NCBI RefSeq assembly: GCF_001949145.1
Contig: NW_019091355.1
Coordinates: 1,114,083-1,178,082, forward strand
DNA from: Acanthaster planci
Lineage: Eukaryota
Length of the DNA: 64,000 nt
Reading direction: 5' to 3'
In this document: piece by piece, positions 28,429-42,819 of the stretch
How the letters are laid out: every line of letters starts with the position of its first letter
Position numbering within the stretch: position 1 is the stretch's first letter
The notes under the pieces: model-generated
What the model saw: only the letters and a program-made list of their open reading frames with translations
The model's database searches: none
What the model was told of the DNA's origin: nothing
Translations under genes and position numbers: made by a program

Positions 28429-31400
28429 CTAAGTAAGTAGGCCTATGATAATAGAAGATTAAATATGAATTCTTGCGCCACTCTATTTATCTCTGGTTTT
28501 AATTCAAATTTTGGGATTTTTTTTTAAGCCCACAGCAATAAAGCAACGCATATTCAATGTATCATTCTGAGGCAGAAAGCTCCTGTCACGGCTGGGCGCA
28601 AAATAGATTCGTGCTTTTTTGCCTTATTTTATTTTCACTTTTTTGTTGCTTGGAACAGCTGTAGTTTTTGTGCTTCATTATCTCAACCATCTACACGACA
28701 GTTTGACGTTTGGGCAATCTAAATGCAGAGAATATAACAAAATTGCATTTTATGCCCACGGTTTGAAAAAGGAGTGACGTCACAGCCATGGCGCCTTCAT
28801 GCGTCAAAAGGGAGACGTAAGGGTGCTCTACGTTATAATATTGGATTCCCTGGCGTAGCTTCTCCGCAGGAAAACTTTTGTGAGTCTAATTCTGCGGCAC
28901 CTTTAACACTCCCTGACCAAAAAGAGCAGACGCTAAGGCGAGTATTTATTATTACATTTTAAAATTGGTGTATACCTCTGATAATTCACCTGGTTTGAAC
29001 TTAGGCATGGGTGTCATGATCATTTTCAACCATAAATCAAGATGGCTGGGTAACCACCCCTAAGTCAGATATACCCGAAATAACTTGCTTTATTGACACT
29101 CTCCAAAACCTCCAACTTTCCTCCTGTAGCGCTCCAGAGAGAGGACCGGTGCCCCCCTAAAAAAAAAAAACTGCCAGCCACCCGGCCCAGAATAAATACA
29201 CCGAATCGATTTCACAGACCGCACCGGCCAACGCCGTGAAATCCCCGCGTCGTACCATAAAATATTATACGCACTGGCTCACTTTTTCCCTTTATTGAGC
29301 GCCTCGAAGCCTTTTACGAGGCCCCATAAAAAAGGTTGGTATAAAAAAAAAGCCACGGTTATGGGTTGATGAAAAATGCACGAGAGCGGGCATGCAACCG
29401 CCGCGCGAAAAAAGCGCTAAGGGGACGTGGGAGAGACGGCGTGGCAATGTCATCAAAATTTCATGATCCGAGGTGCGGGTTTGCCACCGTCTGCGGTTTA
29501 CAGACCGAGGCTGAGTGTAGTGAAAATATCGCTTCACCCAATCAGCAGAGATGGACCATCAGAGTTTTGGCTTTGAGATACGGCTTTGATTCTCATCGGA
29601 AACGAAAATGGAAAATAGAACCTAGGAGTCATTGTCTCAGATTTCCTCCCTTCATGGTTATATCCTATAAAATGTGCTGCAAGACAGCATGAAGAAGTAT
29701 TTGGAGACAACATTATGAGAGAAGACATAGACAAAATGAGAAGCTTAAGACCACAAAAACAGGACTCGATAGCTCAGTGGATAAAGCACTGACACAGTGT
29801 TCTAATACTCGGAAGTCTGAGTTATGAATCAATGTTTTCGATCAACGTCACATTATGAATTGATCCACAGAAAGCATCAATGCAGGCAGCCATCGAACAG
29901 AAAGTTGAAGTCCAAGTTGCTTGGCGCGCGGACAAATATACCTTACATGCAACGTTCAAGTTGATGGCAAGAGACCGTAGCAGGAAACTCTGGCGTCACA
30001 GCAATATTTAATTGACACACGTCGTGCACGTCGCCCGGCAGAGGCTAAAGAACGACGGGGGTTGGCACGGGGGGAGAAGAAGGGGCCGCGACGCCGCGGG
30101 GCACGGTACGTGACCAGCACACCGACGAGAGAATTAGGTCCACGTTACTTTATACCACGGCGAAAGCACACCGGGCAGGCAAGCGTGCAAGGCAAGGGGC
30201 GAACGGAACGGGAATTAGACGACGCTGATGTGTGAGTTTCCAGGGACGGATCTGATCATATTCCCGGTCGGCTACCCTACTTTGTGAGCTCTTTTAGGCC
30301 GGCTCAATCATTATGCGCCTTCCCCTCTTGCATACTAGAAATCCAGCGGAACGACTGCCTGAAAATTGCACCGCCGATGCGTAATGGCGACCGACTTGGG
30401 ACGCGCAGAAATGGCAGGAGTGCTGATCGATACAAGTTAAGGCTTTAAGAGAAACAGCCTTTGCAAACGGCAGCTAAACGCTAACCACTTTTAAAACAGA
30501 AAAATAGTTATAGCATCCACGCAGCCTTTTTCAAAATAAATTCTCCGGCTGCAATACCGTCCCTTTGATTTTGAGGAATATTGTTTTATTGTCTGTTTAG
30601 GTTTGTTAAGCTGTGACGTCAACAACGCCTTTCGGCAATGCTGCGAATCGAAACCGTTTGTTGTCGTCGCCTCAATTTATCCCAGCAAAACGGACAATGA
30701 AACCCTTCTTTTATAGACGCGATCAAAGCGTGCAGAATGCACGTCTTTCCTAATTCAATATGGCGCGCGGGCGAAAACTAAAATGCCCTTGAGCTTCTAG
30801 CTTTCCCGACATCGATGAAAAAAATGCCGCGTATTATTGACAACGCACTAAGCCGAGAAACAGCTAACCGTATGAAAATTGAAAAGGTATAATGGAGGCA
30901 CACAGCGAAAGAGCCATTCTCAGGTCCGTAGATTTTATATTTGTTCCTTCCTTCTTTTCTTTTTCCCTTTTTCTCTGTGAATGCGCCCGCGTGCTCTGCA
31001 CAGTTTGCCTTCGATTTCCATAAACACAGAGCGGAACAGGAGGTAAGGCTTAGCCCGAGGGCCTCACGGTCGCTGACGGCCTGGCTCGGCCTGGTGCTCC
31101 GCTGAAAGGAACCCGAACTCCCTGCAGAATGAGTGCGCACAATTTCATTGTCCCGGGTCTTTTTTCCCGGCACGTGAGCAGGCGCCCGGGGCCTACAGAC
31201 GGATAATTTTCATTCTTTTTTTCCCTCCCGTTCCTGGAACATCTTTCCAGGTTTTTTTTTTCAATAAAAAATTCCCGAACAGAAAACGGACACTTTCCGG
31301 TAAGACGCAGGCCAGACACCGAAAACGCAAAGCGACGGAACAGCCCCCGTTTATGGATCGATACCTAGACGGGCTAGCTCTTTGCCTAAAATGCTAGGCA

Positions 31401-34400
31401 GCGCTCGTAACTTGACAGCTATTGATATCATAATGACCTTAGGTACGCGGTGCGTTATAATATCATCATATAGGGATGGGAGGAGCTTAATACATGTATA
31501 GCTAAACACACACTGGGAGACCGAACCTCTGTTTGATATAAAAACATGTTACTTTACACAAAGAGACTAATCTCATAAAGCAAGAGAGAAACGTTGAAGC
31601 AAAAGAGGAAAAAGGACGACCCTTGCTAACGCATCTCGGGACAAAAGGAGTCCAAAACTGGAGCAAATATACAAAGAAAACAACTGCAAAGAAAAATTTA
31701 GAAAGTATTGGTGTGATTAAAACTTGCCCCAGATTTCACTTTGTCTTTTGAGTGTTTACAGACCTTTTTCTAGTGACGTCACGATCGTGCTGGACCTATG
31801 ATGTGTTGTGATGGTAATGAGTGCATAGTGTTGTGATGGTAATCTACGTATTCAAGATAAACAAGTCAAGCATGCAGCGTTCGCACGTGCACTTGCACGT
31901 GGTTGAAGCTGCCCATAGGAATATATATGATCAGCGTGGCCATGGCGGTCCACACGTGGTGGTGTTTTTACATTAAGTCACGTGGGTGAAAAAGGTCCAT
32001 ATGTATCCGTTTCATTACAACAAGTACATGTACACAACCTTTTGTTTACCGACATTGTTTATTTTAAATAATTTCATCCCTACAATTGATGCCATTTTCC
32101 AAGCTTTCAGGTGCGTGCGCATACACACAGAGTGCAGAGTCTATTTGGTGCGCGAATGCAACATTGTTTAAGTTAATTTGATGTCACGTCAGAGTTGATG
32201 TTGGTGAAAAACCGGCTGGACGAGCCGGTCGATTAACATTCAGAATTTCTATGGGGGCTTGCGGAGCCGGAGTGGCACAAAATTCGGACTTGTCGACCGC
32301 GGGAACATGTGTAGGAGGCTGGGAGCTCATTCTTAGCGGCGCTATTCAATGTGGATGGTAACATCGACCTCGTAACTTGTAGAACTTACATCGTGTACAA
32401 CAGAAACTTGTTTGTCACTTTTAGTTGTATATTGGTTTTCGGGTCCGTTGCTAATGCTGAATATGATAAATGGGATACAGTTTCTTGTTCTTTAAGTTTT
32501 CGACCTCTAAAATGCATGCACAATATAATAATCAGTCCCAATCAATTCCAATCTCGCGGTACCCTGATGTCTCGAATTCGAATACAAACTCGGTTATTGT
32601 CAAGTAGAAGGCCCCGATGCCCCTTCCTCCAGAAGCCCCGCCCTCTTGTTGGCGAATGAAGTGGCATTGTTTACCTTTGTTTCGTATTCTGAGCTTCGCA
32701 TATTTGATCAAAACTATAATTGTGAGATGCGAATCCGACGTCTAAGACAAGACAAGTTACCAGCCCGTACTCTTCCCCCTAACCGGCTGTTAATGCAATC
32801 TTAGGTCCAGGCTTCCAAGTGATCTGATCTACGCGACGGGTACCGAAAGATTGCTACCAAGGGCTCCCAAGATTATGAATAAAGCAGGCACATGTCAAAG
32901 ATCGAGAATCTTAGTGATATCACACCCCGAAGAAACCTCAGTTGGACAACATCAATGTTTGAAAATTTTCAATTTTAACCTTATTGGTGTGCAGCTTTTG
33001 GAAAAAGGTTGCAGGTTTTTTTTGGGGGGGGGGGGCATCTTCCGTTGCGTAGGGTTGAAATCGAGGATGCACTGACAAACTTCGGCCCCTTACATAGACT
33101 TGGAAAATCTATACCATAGGAGCTGTCCCAGGTTGCATGTAGGTTGCAGGAATGAGCCCACATAGGTGTGGTTATACGTTTTACATTCACGAATTCGGTT
33201 ACCGCTGACACTAAATACCCGATTCGTATACGGCTTGATATCAAAGAGAGCGGTCCGTGAGAGACAGTGAAAAAAAAAGGCGTTTTGTCGATCAAAGGTT
33301 CTGTCTGTGCAAACATGAAGTGCGAAGACCACTATCACTTTAAGATCAGGCAAACCGTAGCATTTAAATGCAGAAATCGGGAGCAACTCTGAGAGCGTGG
33401 TTCGAACCTAGCTCAAAGATGTGGGATAGCCCATGCTAGAGAGGACAGCAGGCCGCGCCGACATGACTCCCATTCCCCGAGTTGTTTACCTGCGACCGGC
33501 GGCATCTCCCTTTCCTTTTACCGCCGCCGGCCTCCCTGTGTAATTCCGCCCTTCATCCAACACAATTACCGCGTAATGGCAGCCGCACCGTACGCGGATG
33601 GGATCATCGTAAATCGAGTTTGGTACTCAGCGCCGGCGACTCGAAGACTGGCGGGAAAGTCCGAGAAAAAACACCAACAGGCGGGAGAGCTTAAAAGCGT
33701 GTGGAACGGGAAGAGATCCCTTCAGTAATTCATTCAGGAATTGACTAGCTCTCCCTGGGACGACGCTGCGACTGTTCCTATACATTCAACTACGGCAACA
33801 TCACGTTCACGTTCTAATGTAAACGACGGCTATAGCCTCGCAGCTCTTTGTTGGTCGATCCTTGCCTGATACGGACGTTCGCGTCCTTCTGAGCGAACCC
33901 CGACATCATGTGACTTCAAACACGCCTGAAAAAGAAGGAAAAGAGCGGGAAATCCGACCAAAGCAGCCAACAGAATCAATAAATAACCTTTTCTTTCCAG
34001 GTCCGACTGGACCACTATGCAATCATGGTGCAATGAAGCTGTGCGCCAACTGAAACCCGTGCCAAGGGTCGTCTGTGTTGAGATTGGAAGGACACAGCGA
34101 GTCATGGATTTAGAAGGGCCCTTCAACAATAAGCAGTGGAAGCAATTACACATGCGCCTAAGGGACCATTTTGTATAATGTCCTGAAGACTGGTTCATAT
34201 CATAACCTGCACATAATTAATTGGCACCCTGCCTGCTTTTTCTCTTCGCCAATCTGGTTACGGTTTGGGATTGCTGGGAAGAAGCGAAGAACTTGCTTTT
34301 AGTTTTAAATGTTCCTCACGTCTCACATATTTTACTTAACTCTGCCAGGTCGCCTTTAAAATATAGCGCATACCCCCGACATCTTGCGACGCGACTCGTT

Positions 34401-37400
34401 TTCCTCATGTAATTCATTTTTCATAGATCTTTACTCCGCGCCGCCACTCGCTCCTTCCGCGGTCTGTGCGTCTCTAATTACATAATCCATGGACGGGAAT
34501 CGACGTGCCTGGTTTACCTAACCGCAAATAACGTTATATCCGCCGATGGACGGGGAGTCCGTCATTTAAGAGCCGTGGATTGCTTGGGATGAGTGAGTAG
34601 AGAGTTGAAAAACAGAGCACCGCGTCGGTCTTCGGGAATGGGGAAATGAAAGCGCATGGTATATGGAGACCCACTCTCCCCCAAAGGGTTAATGTGTGAT
34701 CGGCCGGGGTTCCTGAACAAATCATGACGGTTGTGATAATCGAATAACCAGGCGGCGGCACCGACTCCAAGATTTCTTTCGCGGGGCCGGAAAGAGATAA
34801 ACAGAATCGCGGGCCCCGAATTACATCGAATTTTAAACGCGGCTCGGTCTGGGGATTCAAAAAAAAAAAAAAAAAAACCGTTGTGATGAATAATGCGAAG
34901 CGCGTCTGGCCAGTTAAGATCGCACGTCAGATTCTAATAGCGTCGCTTTCTGCGGTAGAAATTCGCGCCGGCTTTTAAGAGGTTGTCTAGCGCTTTCGCT
35001 TTTTGTTCTCTTCTGGCTTTTTCACTCGGTCAACATAGCCGAGAGGGCGAAATCTCACTGTGCGCTAGGACAAGCATCTCCTGCGCACTCAAGTAAGGAG
35101 ATTTTCATCCACTTTAACGCACCGGCTCCCAAATGCCTCGCATTGTTCTTTGATTAAAAGCGCATTTCGGAATGGCTACTATATGCAAAGTTTATGGACA
35201 AATGCTATTTTGTAACAGAAAGGCACGATAGCATAGAGTTGGGGAGAGATTCAAGTGGAGAACAGGCCGTGTCTTTAACAATAATCAAATTGTTTTCTCA
35301 GTGTAACAGCGCCCTCTAACAGTCGGGTGTACGAGTCACTGTGGTTGAAAATCTACAAAGTGGGATTACGGGGCTAGAGCCTGAAATAGCTTGCTTTTTA
35401 CTCGACGATCTTTATACTTGTTTTGTACGAACATTCTGCGTTGTGAACTCTTTTCTTGAGTTACAAATCGCGCGAATGGTATTCTGGCAGTAAGTTTGTC
35501 GAAACCACACTCTCATTTTGGAGGAAGATTTCAAACGCAAATTTGTGAATAAACAAACAAGCAGAAATAGGCACTGTCAAAAATCATCGGTACCGCGTCA
35601 AATTGCATTGCTACCTTTTTCTGCGAACAGTTCTGCCACAATTCAGTGAAGCATTGAATCGAGATGTAGATAAAATGCCCCTACAGGCAGATACGTGTAC
35701 GTGTGATCACTGCTCACTCACAAAGGCCCCTGGAAATAGCTAAAGCATCGTGGCTGACTGTTTAGACAAATCGCCCAATGCATTTTGTGAAACACCTGCA
35801 CACTGCTTGTCCGTCATTACTGGGGGGGGCATTCTGACGTAAATATTAAAAGTTTAGGGGAGAATTTGGGACGTAGTTCTTTATGCCCTTCTCCGCTTTC
35901 AAAGTTATTCCGAATGTGGGCTTGTTTTATTTTTTGTAATCCATCACACTGTTTTGTAAGAACGTTTCCACGCGCTCTCGGACAATGATCCGCGCGAGAA
36001 TGAAAATGACATACGCCAAGCTGCTGACACCGACCGACCAAATCTCTCTTTTCCTCCTTCAAACCGCGGATCGAGCCAGGAGAGGAATATCAAGACACAA
36101 CAACCGCTATTGGATTGCCTGCAAGTGCAGGATACGCAACTCGCTTCGGGCCAACAGAGATATTCGGTTCGGTTTGAAGCATCGCCGCCGAGATTCCGTC
36201 GGAAGTTGTCGAGCCGTGGGTAGAGGAACCGAAAGGACACTTCACGAGCGGTCTTTTGTGAAGCCCCAGCAGGTTATTTTTGTCCGTTTCCGTTGCCTGC
36301 CCCACCACAATTATTGAGAGTGACTGCTGATCATTCAGATCTATTGCCTTTAGTTCAGGGGACAGTGATGGCGCCAGCACTTTGAAGGCAGGCAGCGAGC
36401 GAGGGAGCTATGGCATTATGGTAATTCTACTCACTGAATTTCTTTCTTATGCATTGAGAGATCTTTAACATGTTAGTATACTCTCCCAACCGAAAACGTC
36501 CTTATGAACCAAATTCTATACTTTTTTAGAAAGTTCAAGAACACAATGCGCAAGCATCGTATTAAGCATCGTTTCACTAGGAACTGCTCGCAGTCCAATG
36601 TTCACATTCCTTTTTACGTCGAGAGCACTTGAAGGAAACATCTGCAGGTGCTCATTTCCCTATTTCAAAGAGAGGGAGGACACACACAGAGCTCTGTCGG
36701 GGTACGTGCTCTTTGCCCTCATAGGATGCAGTGTACAATACATTGTAAGTAGACAGATTGCGCCAGCCAAGTCATGTGACCTACAGTGGGTCAACAAAGC
36801 CCATAGTAATGTGTGTTTTAATTGTTGTTTACCAAAAGTGAAGCCAATTTTCGATGTAGTACCCAGTTCATCTGCAGTGCGTGTATGGTACTGACTTTCG
36901 ACTTTATTTTTGATGATACTTACGACACGCTTTGCTTTGGGAGGACGCTATGTTTTATACTCATAACAGGTCACATGATTTAGTGGGTGCCATTGGTCTA
37001 TTCAGTACGTAGCATTTTGAAAATCCCATATAAAACATGTACATACATAGATACATATTCTTTTTCACTTTGGGTTTCTACATAGCTGAGACCCCAACCC
37101 ACAAAACGGCAACATGCCCTATAGAGGGCGCCGTACAGTGAGCATGAACACAACTTACTGTGGCTCATGCCGAGCTGTGAACATTAAGCGAACCAAAGCA
37201 GGTCTAGCTACTTTCAGGGACTTAAAGTCATGGCCACCAATTCAAGGTTTCAAAATGGAATCCTTTCCTATTATCAGTGGTTATTTAAGCGCGTATATTG
37301 TAAGTTGTAGGGAAACACGCGTAACGTGGCCTTTAAACCCCATATTTCCGACACTTCATAGTACAGGCACAAGTAGGCTAGTCATGTGTGTGGGTCGTGG

Positions 37401-40400
37401 CAGAGTACGGGACACTAACACGTTATTTGTTGCTGAAAAGTCGATTACCTTTGCTCAACGTTTGGTATGAGGTTTAAGAAACATCTAACACCTTTTCCCC
37501 AACTTTCAAATATTCATATGAGCCAGTTGAACAGATATGAACTTGATTGACACGCAAACTGCCAAATTTTGACACCAAACTTACCCCGTTTTGGCTTGGT
37601 ACCCACAGGCTTTTCTCCACCATACCACCGTGTACCAGACGTATCTCTAAGTATCTTAGAGTAAATGAAGAGGTATTAGAACCAGTCTTGTGAGGCATCG
37701 AATCAAAAATGACCACGGCTAGTGTAGTTCTGACAGCCACTTAACGGTTGATAAAGGGTCATGTGCCGCGACTCAATTGACTTACAAAGCCGTTGCACTT
37801 ACACAACAGCAAAGCTTTCAGAAGGTCCAGCATCAGACTGTTTTTTTAAGGTAAGGTACGCATGCGCAAGCGTTGAAGGATCATTATGTGATAACCGTTC
37901 CATTTATACGTCTGTAATCTTCACATTTCATAAAAGGACTTAAGTGTCTCGTGTAACTGTCAAAGCGAAACTTCCTGAGAGAAGGGCATGGTTTACTTGG
38001 GATTTACAGAAGAGGAGCATCAACAAAATTAATATTCAAATAAATGATGTTTGTCGATGTAGGCCCAGGAATGACTGAAAAGATTACCAGTTGATTGTCA
38101 GGGTCAAGATAAATTTGAAATTTCATGGAAAGTACATTCTGGAAAGGTCTCGAATATGTTGGACTTTTAGAATTGTGAGAAATTGTAAAAGCCTTGAGCA
38201 GTTTGGAGACACAGAGCAGAAAAACGTCACTGTGATACAAAATCTTGCAACGGTCATCTTCATTGGAGATGATGTCACGATTCCTTTGTATATCATAATC
38301 CTTTCTTATCCCTCTACACTTTTGTTAAAGGCACGAACGTCCTCGCTATACAGAGGCGATTCACCGGGGCCTCACACGTCTCCCCCCCCCCACCCATCAG
38401 GAAAATGAGTTCTGTCTTTCTGTCCCAGCGTGACTTCTGGGTGAACGTCCTTAGATTGTGTCATCTCTTACGGCCTGCCGTCGTCCTGGCGGGTTTATCT
38501 TAGATCGCACGCCCACTCCTGACGGCTCGCGAGGTCCCCTCGCGCTGTCGTAAGAACCTGCTCTCCCTCTTCCACTATCAGCTCGTCGCATCGCCCCTTG
38601 CCCTGTCTTCGATCGGTTTACGTGGATGAAGAGAAAGTAATAAAAAAAATCCATTCGTTTCCAGTTCCTCACATTCGTCCATGCGTCTTACATTTCCATC
38701 CGACGACCGTTCTATATATCGCTTTCATAACAAGAATTCTTTCTCCGCTGAAAAGCGAGTTCGAAGACGTAAATTTCCTAGACTTCAGATAAAACAAAAT
38801 GGAAGATTAAGACGATATGGACTGAATGCTGCCGATTGTGTATATCTTGTCTAATGTGTCATTGCAAAATTATTGTCAAAACACGGTGGGCTTATTGGAC
38901 ATTCTTATATTATTGTTTAGTTTTGTTAATTTTAATGATGTTTTCCTTCGCTAAGAGCTTGGGAATTGACAATTTATCTTGGAAGGGGCTGGTGGTGGTA
39001 ATGAAAGCTGGCCTTACGTTAGGGACCCCGAAACTAGCAATACTAATGCGCCTCAGGATAACGAATCATGACATCAATCTAAGGTTTTTCGTGCGATCGA
39101 GCTTTCTCAGCTGCATGAGAGCCGTTTTCCTTCGTCTCTGGCACAGGCTCCACGGTACATAGCCCACGGTCATCAGCAAACGTGGAGCTGTTTGCTTCGC
39201 CCCGACGCGACGTGATCGGTCCATGAAAGCTGAGGGGCGCGGCCTAGCCGCGCCACATCTTGTACACGTGGAACACTATATAGAGGACGGTGCTGGCGCC
39301 TTCTTTCTGCTTAAACAGATAGATTTGTTCCGCCTGGGCTATCGGATCAGGTGTTGGGACAGAGACGGCGATCAGGGCTCGACCGCTGCACGAAGAGGAC
39401 TTCTTTAGGGCGAGGGCGAAGGACGGGGGGGGGTTAGATATCACCCCGACTCCCAAGGGGAACCAGAGCTGTAGGCTCATTTATTCACCGACCTAGCCAT
39501 GCGTAGACAGACCCGGGCGTCACAATTACAGATAATTCTTGAGAGAAAAACGCAAGGGAGGATGTACAATGGTTCCCCTCATCTTCTATCACATGAAAGA
39601 CGATTTTACTCCCAAATGAGAAATATTATGTACACTAATCTGCGTTTTCTTGGAACGATATCAAGGAATTTGGAAAAGTAATTACACTGTGTGCAATTTT
39701 GCTCTGTAAAAACCTATGCAACCACAGACCCTCGACGGACCCTCTATGCGCGCCACTAAGCATCCCTGTGACTCGACCGGTCTAGTTTTATCTTCGTGTA
39801 TTTACAACCACCCAGAAGGCATTAATAGCAGTATTCGGCTGGATTCTCTGAAGCAGCTGTATGGTGACGTCCAGTTGTGCTTTCAAACCAGTCTGTAAAG
39901 AGAAAGGATGCGCCTTAAAAGACAAAAATAGCCTGGCAGCTGCAAGCCTTAGTCGACGCGTGCGATAGTATTTTTGCAGTGGTATAACAGAGGGCGCCAT
40001 GTCACATTTGGTGCTGCTCTTTTTGTTCAGTTTTTTTTTTGTTGAGCGGTCTTATTTCATCTGTCTGCTGTTTTGTAATGACGAAATGATTAGGGCGATC
40101 TTTCTGTGTGATCTACATAGGCATGCGCGGGAAACACTTACTTTGTTTTTGCTTTTCATTGGCCGTGCTTAAATTGCGGTCAAATATCCGGGACACCCAA
40201 CACTGTGCATATGCAAGGCGCTGACTGCGCGGCCGATTTGCCTCAAATTGAATTTTGTGCAAGAAAGATCGAGCGTAGTGCTTAACTCCCGAATATTCTG
40301 TGCTCTCATGTGTATGTACCGTAGGGCTGACCTTGGGTCACAGATCATGTGAAAATCTGACAGACAACTCACGGAAGTTAAAACGTTCCCCTTGACCCGC

Positions 40401-42060
40401 GTAAAGGCGTTTCCATAATGCGCATGTCAGTTGCCTGGACTTAGGGTGTAAGTGTGGACTTACGTAAAACGTGGCAAACAAATGCAGGTACGGAACGGAC
40501 CAGAAACATACATATCAAATCACGCTTTAAGGGCTATAATAGATTTAGGAACGAAACAAATGCTAATATTATTGCGCACCTATAGCCGGGTCAAAAATAG
40601 TGCGAAGGATGGAAAGTAATTCTTGCTGCAGCTGGCCATTGGGGGAACATCCATCCGAGAGATTAAACAAATCAATTTCTGTCACACAACCTGCCTATAT
40701 AACCCTATGCACGAAACTCTTGAATGTTTAAAATGCAATAGCGACTCCCTGCACTACCAGCCAACTGAGTCCACACCTTCGATATTTATTAGTTTCGACC
40801 GCAGAGAGCGGGGAACATGGGATGCGTGACAACTCAGCGGATGGCGTAACTATACCGAGGCGGGGAAATATCGATCAAGATAAAAAGGTTGATGGTAAGT
40901 GGTCGGTGGGCATTTCTTTCAGCAAGGAATCTGGGCCAAGAACGAGAAAGTCGGGTAATTACTCCGCGGCGCGATAAGGAACAGATGACTGGCTGGATCA
41001 GTGAGAACGACTTGGAACGTTTTATCTTGTCACAGTCGAGCGGTAGCCGTTAAAGCAATGATTTAAGGATTGAAGACAAGGATTCCTAGGAAGGTATGTG
41101 TTGCAGAGCAAAATTGGAGCGAACTCGCCACTCCACAAGAGTTTTCAAACCCAAGCGTAAAGGAAACGCAAAGCTTTGCGAGTAGCCAGTGTCCCGATAA
41201 CAGTTGAAGAGAACTGTGTTATACTAGTGTGTTTTAGACGGTTGTACAGTCTGACGGCAGGCACAGATCACGGTCAATTTCAGTCACTGTGCATGCTGTG
41301 TCTAACAAGTAAGGCAGGGCCCGCTCAGAGGAAAGGAGGCCGTAGCGCCCTCAGCAACTCAGCTCTAAATCGAATTCGCTGTTTATGAGGGCGCTCTCCA
41401 GCTACCCAATTTCAGCGGTATCCCTGAACGTATTGTATACATTTGAAAACCTGTAATGGTACCAGGTGATTTAGGGGGTCAGAATGAAATCGTAGAATAC
41501 AGTCTGGTTCTTTCAATTTAACGTTTTCAAATGAATACGTTATGTTGGGAAATCTGACTGAAATTGGGTCCCCTGCGAATACGCTGGATACATGTTCACA
41601 CATGTTATACACATGTATAAGCCCTCTGCTTATGCATGTAAATGTACATGTAGGCCTACCTAGTGCTTTGGCCTACCTTTGGCTTCGAGTTATGTAAGTG
41701 TACGATATGCAGTATCAGTGCTAACAATTATTCCGGTGGTCGGACTTCTGTGCATTTCTACATAGTATCGAAAAGCACGAAGGGGAATTTTGCCATTTGT
41801 GGTGTGTTAATTAACAGGCAACTCAGTGTCAGGGACGTCATGACAACCGCGAAACTTAATCAGAGAGTGGGCCAAGGCAAAACCCGTTTTGTTCACATCG
41901 GGATGTGTTGAAATCATAACTCCCACACATGTCCTGTGATTTTAATGCTGCCTAGCTGTACAGTTTATAAACTTGCTGAACTGTTCCACATCTAGGGTAG
42001 CTCACGGTAACAAAATGTGCATGGCTTCCCTGTCCCCACCCCCAAAAAACGACCAAATGC

Positions 42061-42331
42061 AATAAGCCTTTTGCGAGTTAAATCTAAATAAATCTGTTGC
42101 AAACTTTTGCTTAGTTACATAAGAGACGCCTTGCAACATAGTGGACAAGAAGGGCACAAAGGAACCAGTCCAGAGGTGGTGGTTACTGTGTTTATATGCA
42201 AAAGCTTACCCCGAATCACGAGGTATAGCAACAGTGTTTTAGTCTGGGGAATTCAAATCATTATGTTTATGTGCAATCAGATAACTCAGTGTACCAGATT
42301 TTATTCAAATTTAACTTGCAAATAGCTTATT
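42061..42331. mobile_element. MITE, copy A (upstream of LRMDA)
   Basis: Imperfect ~36-bp TIRs AATAAGCCTTTTGCGAGTTAAATCTAAATAAATCTG / CAGATTTTATTCAAATTTAACTTGCAAATAGCTTATT; the body matches 52450-52801 in reverse orientation. Confidence 0.8.
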
Positions 42332-42819
42332 CATATAGTTTGACTTCATTTTAGCGTGCAGTGTTCAAATTCAAGGAAATTCTCCGCCAAGCAGAAGCGC
42401 ACAAAAAGTACCCTTAGGCCTACGGATTCTTTCGAAAAGAGGGGTCTGTTTGGGCCAAGAAATGGTGGGATTGTGTCAGTATGGCCCAGGATCATTTCTG
42501 TAGATTCAAGGCCACCCATCTGGCAATGCTGACAAAATGTGATTGAAAAGTTGTCAGAAGAGCCCGAGGAAGGTGAGGGATAACATTTGAAAAATGGCCG
42601 CTGAAAAGACTTGGGAACATTCACTTTTTGGGCCGGGGGGCTGAGTTAACTTAGCAAAAATTCAAAATCAAATGAAATCTGAAGGACCAAACAACACGTT
42701 GTTGTTTTTTTGAGAGGCCTGGGAACTTCAGTTGCCGGCAATGGGGCTCCAAACTTGGTTGATTTTACTCTATTTTCAATGGAGCTTGAATTGGTTCAGT
42801 GCACCCTATAGCTTCCAGA

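Noticed and set aside
29765..29830. tRNA-like A-box TAGCTCAGTGG
   Set aside because: No intact B-box or cloverleaf; at most a decayed SINE head.
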